Assembly (NCBI RefSeq): GCF_000181795.1
Contig: NW_003526948.1
Location: 2,340,820-2,360,819, forward strand
DNA: 20,000 bases
From: Trichinella spiralis
Lineage: Eukaryota
Reading direction: 5' to 3'
The number at the start of each line of letters is the position of its first letter. Position 1 is the stretch's first letter. A program made the translations under genes and the position numbers. The notes beneath the pieces were generated by a model. It saw only the letters and a program-made list of their open reading frames with translations. It did not search any database and was not told the DNA's origin. Positions 1-9,805 of this stretch are shown here, piece by piece.

Positions 1-430
1 TTTCACATGAAATGAGTATTTTTCATTTCCGCCGTTTTTTGTATTGTTTGCTTACGATGCACTAATTGTGCAATGTGAAATATTCCAAAATAGTTATGCA
101 ACTGACGTACACACAATCTGATGATAATAATATTTCATATCAATGATCTCATTTTAATACTTCTATGTGTTTTAATAATAAAATTTTCAAGTAAAGTTTC
201 TCTTTTTGAATTATCATATTGTTTTATTTATAAATTTTTCTTTATACAATGGGAATAATTGCTCAAAGCAAGATGAATGTGATAAATTAAAAGCATGAAA
301 GTTTTTATTAAAATTTTACCTGTACATTCCTTTGTAGAGCAATTATACTGTAAAAACTTCAATATTGTCAAAAGTTCTTTCTATTTTTAAGACTTAATAA
401 TAAACATAAATTATAAACTGAATAATAATA

Positions 431-450
431 TTGTTGTTGTTGTTGTTGTT
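431..450. repeat. (TTG)n microsatellite
   Basis: ttgttgttgttgttgttgtt. Confidence 0.85.
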
Positions 451-976
451 ATTTTAAAAACGTTTTATTAAATTTTAATGAATAAAATTATAATAACTAA
501 CTTGAAAATGTTCAAAAGTGAAGAATATCCAATAAAGAATATGGCATTTTCGAATCATTTTATAATCCAAAAGTAGCGCGCTGCTTGGAAAGTTATCGTT
601 GAATTTATTGCAATGAATGAATTTATTTTTAATATTTGTCAATTTTTAATCGAATTAATTGTCATTTTGCCGAATAAGTTGTGAATGAAAATCTCCAATA
701 AAGACAAGATCGAATAGTTCTACCTACCATCATCTTCAAATAAACAGTGACGGCCTAGATTGGTGCAACATGTTTTCTTTTGAAATACAAATTTATAAAA
801 CTGTGAGAAAATAAATTGCCTGGCCATATGGACATTTTGTATTCTTTATTGTTTTACTTTGTCCTATTTTATATGAATATGATTTATACTTTCAAAATGA
901 TCTACCTGATCAATAATATTCTTCAAATTGTTGAAATTGGTTTAGAATGAAAGAAAAAAAAAATTAAACCAAAAGT

Positions 977-1533
977 ACATACCTCAGTTTTAGTGGATGA
1001 GATGAAATTTGTTCTTGTTTTGAATGAACAACAAAAAGAGATTTCAGCTTGGTTAGTTAGTTAACCAAGCAGCGCAGCGGTCTCCAGGAGAGCAGCAACT
1101 CACTAGCTCCGCCTAGGATGATGGATCTGTGTTGCGATTGCTGGGGGCAGTCGGTGGTCAATCGATTGGATTTAGTGCAGGCTCAATGGTCAACGGCTAC
1201 GCAACCACGGCTCGGCAAACAGAAAACCTATTCAAATTGGTTGATGCATTTAATTGTTCACTGGTCGCTGGCAACGTGGCTGACGGCTTTGATCTGCGTC
1301 TGGTCATCAATTGAGCCTATCCAGACACTTTTGGATCGATGAGTCTGGAAAACGTTTGTTGACCAGACAGAGCAAGCATGAACGTCTGCTGCGAAAATAC
1401 GCGGCTGCCAGAGCTTCATTTCCATCACTGCTGCATCATTTCCAAAGCTCCGGGTCGCCTACTGACCGCAGAGGCAGCTGATTGCTATCGTTGTTTACCC
1501 GTATGTTGACGTTTCGACTTTGGCGGCGACCCT
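977..1533 (-). promoter_or_regulatory. GC-richer island, possibly the promoter and non-coding first exon of a minus-strand gene extending left out of the window
   Basis: A strong minus-strand donor (CTGAG|gtatgt, GT at 982-981) lies at the left edge of a GC-richer non-coding island. No convincing ORF. Confidence 0.3.
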
Positions 1534-1566
1534 GAAGGTTTTTGTTATTGAAGTTGCTTTAAGCAT

Positions 1567-1585
1567 ACACACACACACACACACA
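1567..1585. repeat. (AC)n microsatellite
   Basis: About 9 AC units. Confidence 0.9.
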
Positions 1586-4500
1586 TGCTAACGTGAAAAT
1601 CTCGTTTTAATGTTGGCAATTAAATGCTGAGAAAAGTGAAAAAGATAGCTAGCTTTACACTATTGCTTTCATTTCATCGGTTGTTGAAAATTGTGTGCAA
1701 TTACGCCTTCCATGCTTTCATTATTATTGAAATATAAAAGTATCCGATACACAGACATGTCAGTCATTAAAAAATTATTTTTTTGAAATTCAAAAAAACT
1801 TTCAAAAACTTTTGCTTAATGTAGTGTTCAATTGAACATTGCCGTATTTTGTTTATCAAATAATCCTACTTATTCTAGTAAAAATTAAACTTTCAATACA
1901 AATTATTACTTCAGCATTTCTTAGCTGTTAAAAGATCATTTAATTTCAAACAGAAGCTTTTGTTTATCTTAAAAATGCAGTGCTCAGTTGATTCTTCGAA
2001 TGATTCCAGAATAAGCATATCAATTTTAAGCATTCACGGGAAATGTTTGTTTACTATTGATAGCTTTATCAGCAGATCGAAGTGGCTTTGTAATTTTGAT
2101 AAATTACACTTAATGAATCTGTTAAACATTCACCTGCTTGATATTATTAAAAGTGATGGAGATTTTTCTGAAATGGCATACTTTTCTTTTGTATTAGCAT
2201 TTCTCATTTTTTACGTTTAATAACAATTTGTTGGTTTTTTGAAATTGTTGAAGCATTTATTAATGAATTGTAATTTCAAAAATTTTACAATTTTGAAAAC
2301 AAAAACAAGTATTATAAAAAGATATAGAAGAAAAACAATAAAATATGTCGAATTAAAGGATAAGTTTTTTTGAAGAAAGTTACGATCTATTGAAGATGCT
2401 TCATGATGGACAATAAAGTGCAAATGCAGTAGCATTAGATTAGTATGAAAACAAAAGTTGTAAAAGAAAATGGATGTAATTTTATTATTTTGCTTTGTTC
2501 AGTTGACAAATTGAAGAAACATGCTTTGGTGGACAAAATGTTCAAGGTTTCAACAGACCTGATCAGAGCTAATAAGGTCGTTCATAAGAGAATATAGTAC
2601 AGTCCGGAACGATTATTACGTATAATTTAATGAAAAATTTCCGAATAATTGTACTCGAATTAACTGCACAATGGAAGAAAAAGTGATCAGCTTTGTCCAA
2701 GGAGAAGCGAGCGGCTCCGTTCCATTTTCTTTTTCAACGGCAAACTTGTTCCGCATTTGCAAATTTATATGCATGAAAAGATTATTGTGCCTTAATTAAA
2801 ATCCTTTATCTTTCGACATCTTTTTTCAGGAACAATCGATTTCTTTTAAACGTTCTGACATAAATATTGACGCTAATTTGAGTGAAAATGTTAACAGGAA
2901 ATATTTGATGTTGCAATTAAAAAATAATTTTTTTTTCTTTCATCAATTCTTCAATATATGTCACTTTGGAAGGAAGCATGCAAACTTTGCGCAATTTGCT
3001 GAAGCGGTGAAGTTGAAGCAATCGACTATGCAATGCTTCAATTTTCTACGCTGCTTTCATTTTACAACTTATCGTTAATATCAGCAGCTGTTCAACAGGA
3101 AAAAAACGTTCGTTTTCTTTGAAATGAAGTCGCACAATTAAGAAGCTATTGTTGTAATGCAGCGCAATTTTTACTAATTACTCTTTTGAAAACATGATAA
3201 AATATGCAATGCAACACGTTCCTGAAACTGACCGAACCATTACTTTCAATTCTGGAGCACAGTATACAAAAAAAATTATCCTCATTTAACAGCATGACAC
3301 AATCAATGCAAAAGCTTAACACTTGTTTATATTATTTACAAACAATTTTTTGTAGTGCAAAACAAATTAGTAAACGAATTATTCAAATTTGGATCATTTT
3401 TTAATATTTAAATGCAAATTTTTAATTAAAGTTCTTCGCTTCAAACCTTTTTTTTAAATGAAGCTTCAGCTATTCATGTATGCCTGCAGTAGCAAAAGAA
3501 TTACTACTTTAACTGTGAACAAATTATGCATTATGCTTTTTATTAATGTAGCATTGTTAATTTTATTGAATATTGAAAAAAAAAGATTAAAATGAGATGT
3601 GTAAAATAATACTATTTATATATTTGCATGGAACATTTAATATGAAAATATTTTACTTTTATTAAATTGTTTTTTGAAATATATTTTATATTTAGTTATG
3701 CTTATATTGCAATATAGTTCAATTATGGTACTGATAAATAATAATAAAGTATTATACGTTTCTGTTAAATCAAACTACTTTTATTTTCTGCGTTGCTTTT
3801 TAAGAAGCATACGCAATTTGAATTTAAACATTACTTGTTTATTTATGAGTAATAAATATTGAATATTATATAATTCTATCGTAAGTTTAAAAAAATAAAT
3901 GGCACATGATGTGGTAATATTAAATAATGCAACTTGGCGTTCGTATCTAAAAGAATAAAGCACGATTTGAGCAACGGCGCTTGTCAGTTTGAATTAGCTG
4001 AGCAGTTTTAATAAATTTGCATACCATTCACGAAAATTAATATAAAAGCAAGTCCTCTGCAATTCGAAAATGCAACTTAGACAGCTTTGAATTGAAAGGC
4101 AGAAGAAAATTAATTTGCATAAAGTCTAGATATGAATTGGCGCGCACAATTCCAGATAAATCGAACCCGTCGAAATTGTTTGAAGCATCAACACTTGTTT
4201 CTTTTAATTCATTTAGTCAGTTCATTTGCATTTTGCATAAAATTTATAAACCAAGTTTGAAAATGCAGTTTAAACAATTTGCATAACGTCTAGACATGGA
4301 TTCATGATAAAAATGAATGATGCTTTTGACCAAATTTTAATTAACAACTGTTTCGCAATTAATTTGCACAGTTTTAGCTTAATGACAAAATGAATTGCAT
4401 GTTTTAAAATGAATATTGAAAAATTTTCAATTATATTTATCAATAAGTAACGCATTGGAATGCGATTGTGTAGAATACATTTCAATCAGCATTCAAATTG

Positions 4501-4868
4501 TTATTTAAAAAATGTTTAATTTCATGAACGATTAAATTAGTGCAATGCATCTTGAAATGATATTTTATATGATTACTTGGTAACATTTGCTTCGAATAAT
4601 TTCATATTTAATTTAAGTACCAATTCGAATAGTCACATACAGTAAACTTGTGAAGCTTGAAACATGGAAAACAATTGCAGTTTTGTTTGAAATTATCAAT
4701 GTCAACATCATTTGCTTAAATACATTTGTAGCATAAAGGATATGTTGTAAACGAAAAATGGAAAAGTTAAAGAGCATTTCGTCTCCTTTGACTAGCTACA
4801 GGATAGTTTTCACAACTTCAATATGCTAAAAGGCATTCCATTCGAATTTGCATTTCAAAATGTCTACG

Positions 4869-5503
4869 TTCAACTCCATATTGGCATTGGAGTTGAATTG
4901 TTATCATCAGGGTCTAATTAGTTGAGAGATAATTGTTTCAGCTTAGACTACATTTTCAGCATGGCTAACAGATCGCTTTGAATAAAAAAGGTCCGGCATT
5001 TAGAGACTCTCGTCTGCCCTTTTCACCCAGTTGCATCCGGCTAGCAAACTGGGTGACAGCAGTGAACTGCTGCTGGTCAGGCCACTGAGGTACAGGGTAT
5101 TTTTTGAATGAATGAAAAAAAATAAGAAAAGGTGAAAGAAGCAAAAGGAGGATTGGGGAAGGGGAAAAAATTTGCCTCATTAAGTTCAGCTGCGTAACCC
5201 AGATGAATCATTTCTACAGGTTAAAAATGCAATATTTGAATGGAAGGGTCGTCAGTTGGGAGAAGTTTGGGACTGCTTTTGCGTGACCCGTTTAAGGACA
5301 GTTGCTTTTGTCCGTGCCCCCTTTCTCAATAGCTAATCGTTGTCTGATCACAGCCACTTTAATGCGCGCCATAGCCGAGGTGATGCTCAGTCGTCGAACC
5401 GTGGAACTGTGATGCGAGTTGCTTTGGGTGTCAAAATATTTTTCAACTAATCTCTGATTTGCTTTTTCCTTCTATACTTGACAGATCAGACAGAAGATTT
5501 CAG
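4869..5503 (+). promoter_or_regulatory. Putative promoter/5' region of the cuticlin gene
   Basis: GC-richer island directly upstream of the ATG. It contains two 10-bp inverted repeats, several GGGTNA half-sites, and acceptor-like sequences (cttctatacttgacag ending 5484; atttcag ending 5503) just before ATG 5505. Confidence 0.45.
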
Positions 5504-5504
5504 C

Positions 5505-8500
5505 ATGTTTAATTCAATTTTTGTCCACTTTCTATTAATTAATCAAATCCTCAAAGTATGAATATAATATTTCCATTTGAATATATTATTTGTTTTATGA
5601 AATACTTTCCAGATGTGCAATGCCAAATGGGCAACCATTGACAACGAAGTGATAAGTAAAAAATTTTTTGCAACATCTTTCTTGAAATTGCTTCATCTTT
5701 TGATTTTCAGACTGCGGCATACAGTGTACTGAAGATACTATTACTGTCAATTTTGTCACGAAAAATCCATTCCACGGAAGACTATTTGTCAAAGGTATGT
5801 CTGATAAAGTGGAATGCATGCAATCGTTTGACAACGAAGCATCCAGTACCACTCAACCGACAATGTCATTTGGATTCGGGGCGTGCAACATGCACCGATC
5901 TCGAATGGTAAGTGGCTGCAACTGGAACAGAAAATAGAAATAGCGTAGCATCACTTTTGCATTTTGACTTCATAAATATTTATATTAGCAATTCAACTCC
6001 TTTATACCATATTTATACTTTTATATAAATATCATCAAAGTAAATAACTAAAAATGTGAATTACTTTAAAAGTTTAAACAACGTCTTTATGTAACTCGTG
6101 AGCTTTAATATATACTACAGAATTATTCAATTTTGATTAAAAATGTTCTTATGCTGCAAAATGAAGTACAATATTGTACATTTTTGCAAAACACAAAAAC
6201 TTACGTTGTGAAATGTAAATAAATAAGAAAATTAATCTGAAAATTGTTAAGATTATTATAATAAATTTAATAAAGACGACTTTATTTGACTAAATTTAAG
6301 TTTCATTTGTGAAATTTAATTATATTACTTGATTATGTAAAATACAATTGCTGATCGATTGGCTGTTCCTGTTCGTGGGATTACGTCTGTTTGGAAATTA
6401 CATTTATATATGATAAAACTCAGTTATTGCAATGAAACAGCAAGGAATTTATAATCACCGACTATTCAGCTGTTTGAAATATGTAAATAATTATTTATCT
6501 TGAACAAATAAACGGAACATCATTGAATTCAGTTTACGTTGCTTGTTTTATGCAGCATTTTTAGACAAATTCGATTAATATTAGTAAACTTGTCGAGCAC
6601 AATTATGAATAGTAATTTACAATATGCTCAGTGTGTATATTTTTGATTAATCTTCAAAAGTACAATAAGTATTTTTTGAATAATTCTATTCTGTAACTTT
6701 GGCATTAAGAAAACCATGCACTTGTAGTATATGCGAAAATTTTTGGTGTTTTCAGTTTTACATTTTTATCCTTTTGGAATAAAAATAAATTTAAATGAAA
6801 TGCTATTTTATAAAAATTTGCATAATTTTCAGAAAACTTGAAGTTGTTTGGCATTTTCATTGTCATTGTCTTTTGCCTTTTTCCTTCATTTGATTCTGAG
6901 CATTGCTATGTCATTGAAATGCGCATCAAACCGTTCATACAATTATGTCTCTTTGGTTATCAGAATTCAAAATTATCACTTTACTAATAGATAAGAAATA
7001 AGTAAATAAACGTCATTTTAATTGCAATAATAAATAATGATCTTGTGATTAGATGTTTTTTTTTCATTCAGTATTCAAAGTGATTTCCATTTTAGCTAGC
7101 AAAATAATTCAACAATGCTTAATCATGAGATCAATTAGAAGAGGCATCGCAGGTCTTTTTTTTCTTCAAAACGATCACTCACTCATGTTGGCCTGCTCTT
7201 GACATTACTTTCAGTGAGGTTATGTTTGATTGATTAGCTTTTCAAAAGTTTCTGACCCAATAACCCGCTGCGAGTTTATCAAAAGAAATTCCCTTCTAAA
7301 AGCTGGTTGAACAGCAAGCATATTATAACTTCTTATTGTTTGTTTGCAATTTTATTATTGCTTGCATTTTAATTTCTCCTCTTTCAACGGCAAATAATTG
7401 CACTGATCAGATTCAATGACAAACAAACATTGTTTACTCATATTGAAAAATGTCTGCATTGGGAAATTTCATTTTAATATATATATATATATATATAGAA
7501 GCACAATTTTTGTCACAACAATGCAATAAAATATATAAAAAACATTTTTATCGGTATTTTATTAAAAGATTTTAAAAATCTACAGCACATAAAGCTGGTG
7601 TAAAAAAACAGTTCATGCATAAGAAATGTTGCTTTTTGTTTTCCCCGTTGAATGGAACAAATTGCAATTATGCATGCGGATTATAAATCATGTGATTTGA
7701 AACAACAATTTATTACATATTAGATTCGCCAATTTTCAGATCGATCCACAACCAGGCATGATGCAGTCTATCGTTGTGGTGATCAGTTTCCACAGGTGAA
7801 TATGAATATTTTCAAGTGAAACTTTGCAAACAATAATCTTTTAGAACATTCATCACGAAAGTCGACCGTGCTTATATGATTCAATGCTTTTACATGGAAA
7901 CTGAAAAAACGGTACGTTATTAATTGTAATTTTTCAAGCAAAATTAAAAAAGCCTATTCACAGCATCTGTTATCGACGATATTTGTATTATAGGTAACGT
8001 CGCAGCTGGATGTCAGGTATGCATTGAAATGGATAAATTTATTCCACAATTTGCCATCCAGGGCTAATGTGCTGCATTTGTGAAAAAAACATTTCAGCAT
8101 GCTTACCACTGGTCAACTGTTGGACACTGCGCGCATGCCGACTTGCCTGTACGAAGTGAGAAGAGGAGGTGCCGATGGACCAATAATTCGTTTTGCTCAA
8201 GTTGGCGAACCAGTGCATCACGTTTGGTCTTGCGATAGCGGTATATATTTTTTTAAATTAAATTTAAAATAAACAACAACAACAATCACTGCATCATTTC
8301 ATTAACAGATTCACATAGAATACTGGTGAAAAATTGCTACGTAGACGATGGACAAGGGAATCAAGTGAAAATTATCAACGAACAGGGGTAATGAATCATA
8401 AAAGAAATAAAGCATTAAAAAATTAGCAAGAAAAAAATATTTCAGTTGTGCTGTTGAAACGGTAATAATTGGCGATCTGACCTACGAACCAATCGGCAAC

Positions 8501-9237
8501 GCCAAAGCATGGGTCGACGCGTACGTGTTCAAATTTGCCGACAAGCCGCACGTCTTTTTCCACTGCACCATTCAACTGTGCAACCGAGGCGATCAGTTCT
8601 GCGAAAATCTGACCGTAATCCACATTCCCATGCACCGACAACGAAACCTCTTCCACTGCCACTGGTATATATATATATATATATATTTGTTCGTCTCTCT
8701 TTCAGCCACCCAGATGCGGAGGAAGCTCGGCTAGCTCGGCTGGCAGATTCGATGGCACCGGTTCCATGGAGACCAACCCGTACGGCTTTATATTTCGACA
8801 GCAAAAACAAAAATACAAACAAAGACGAAATATCCACCCTGAAATGAATGATAAGAATAATAATGACGGTGACGGTGAAAAAATCAAAAATGATCAGTCG
8901 AAATACTATTCCCAAGAAATTGACCTTTACACTCCATCGTTGACAGTTGTCGATTTGGAGGATACTGTAGCTGGAGATGAGAAGACTGAAAATGACAATT
9001 TTCCCTATTTCGTCGAAGGTAAACATTTCAACTCCAGCACAAAACGCACGCAAAATTTCATTTTCAGACGATGATCACAGACAACCGATTGCAGCAAAAG
9101 GCAAATATGCGGACGTTTGTTTCACAAAAACTGCATATGGGGTTTTTCTTCTGGGTATTGTGCTGCTTTGCACGGTTCTTTTCGTATCATTCGCTCTTCT
9201 GTGCCGGCAAAGAAAACTGCTGAAAACCAACAAATAA
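5505..9237 (+). CDS. cut-1: Cuticlin (ZP-domain cuticle protein, CUT-1-like), 11 coding exons, 436 aa
   Basis: Hand-spliced exons, all GT-AG and phase-compatible: 5505-5555, 5613-5655, 5711-5907, 7740-7795, 7845-7911, 7994-8016, 8098-8240, 8309-8387, 8446-8614, 8706-9018, 9068-9237 (1311 nt). The translation has a signal-like N-terminus (MFNSIFVHFLLINQILKMCNA) and hallmark cuticlin motifs: IDNEVI..IQCTEDTITVNFVTKNPFHGRLFVKG, ACNMHRSR, VVISFHRTFITKVDRAYMIQCFYMETEKTVTSQLDVS, MPTCLYEV, FAQVGEPVHHVWSC, LVKNCYVDDGQG, GCAVE, VFKFADKPHVFFHCTIQLC and TPPRC. These are followed by KQRR, a TM (AYGVFLLGIVLLCTVLFVSFALLC) and a basic tail. The family call is secure; exact orthology among cut/cutl paralogues is not. 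Confidence 0.95.
7477..7497. repeat. (AT)n microsatellite in cuticlin intron 3
   Basis: About 10 AT units. Confidence 0.9.
8666..8686. repeat. (TA)n microsatellite in cuticlin intron 9
   Basis: About 10 TA units; this explains the YIYIYI strings in the ORF track. Confidence 0.9.
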
Positions 9238-9404
9238 CCAACAACAACAACAACCATCCGGCAGTCGACAACATTTCACAGGTCAGTAGAAGAAAAGCAT
9301 CTGCGTCGAAAATTCGCACCACTGCCGGGATGCAATACACCATCCAACCAGCACCTTTTTTCTCTCCCCTACCTAATTACCTCATTATTATTCGATATTA
9401 TTCA

Positions 9405-9410
9405 AATAAA
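9405..9410 (+). promoter_or_regulatory. Candidate polyadenylation signal of the cuticlin gene
   Basis: First AATAAA, about 170 nt after the TAA at 9237. Confidence 0.5.
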
Positions 9411-9495
9411 TAATGCAGTTCCATATTTGATCAATTTATAATTCAACATTGCGGCCAATGAAAAACATTCATTCCAATTTGCATAAATCAAATTT

Positions 9496-9501
9496 TTTAT
9501 T
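9496..9501 (-). promoter_or_regulatory. Candidate polyadenylation signal of cyc-1
   Basis: TTTATT on + (AATAAA on -), about 300 nt downstream of the cyc-1 stop. Confidence 0.4.
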
Positions 9502-9615
9502 CATAATTTCCTCAAGCAACAGACAGAAATGCAAACAAACGAACCTAATGTAAACTTTACAATTACATATCACCTTGTACACCGCGCCGCTGCAAAAATA
9601 AAAGATTATACATAT

Positions 9616-9624
<9 letters not shown>

Positions 9625-9657
<33 letters not shown>
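9625..9657. repeat. (AT)n microsatellite between the convergent cuticlin and cyc-1 3' ends
   Basis: About 16 AT units with imperfect flanks. Confidence 0.9.
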
Positions 9658-9659
<2 letters not shown>

Positions 9660-9805
9660 CCTCTTATAAATGGAAATGATGAAGAAACTGTTTTTCCTAT
9701 ATGAAAAAAACGAACAAAAAAATCAAAATCATGCTCTGTATATTTGACATAAAACTGAGCTATGTACCAGTTTTTAAAATTATCCCCTAAAATATGTTCA
9801 GTTGC

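Noticed and set aside
12..31. ATGAGTATTTTTCATTTCCG resembles the start of the TEM beta-lactamase gene (ATGAGTATTCAACATTTCCG)
   Set aside because: Only a 17/20 match in AT-rich DNA; the similarity does not continue and there is no ORF. Chance, not vector contamination.
1118..1342. Overlapping short + ORFs in the GC-richer island
   Set aside because: No recognisable domain and no supporting splice chain; better explained as non-coding regulatory sequence.
1960..4485. Numerous 60-86 aa ORFs in the intergenic region
   Set aside because: F/I/L/K/N-rich translations typical of AT-rich non-coding DNA, several with non-ATG starts; no motifs.
5795..5800. Strong donor-like AAG|GTATGT inside cuticlin exon 3
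   Set aside because: The reading frame continues through conserved ZP cysteines to the donor at 5908; using this site would be out of phase with exon 4.
8529..9053. 174-aa minus-strand ORF
   Set aside because: Antisense shadow of cuticlin exons 9-10 that reads through an intronic (TA)n microsatellite.
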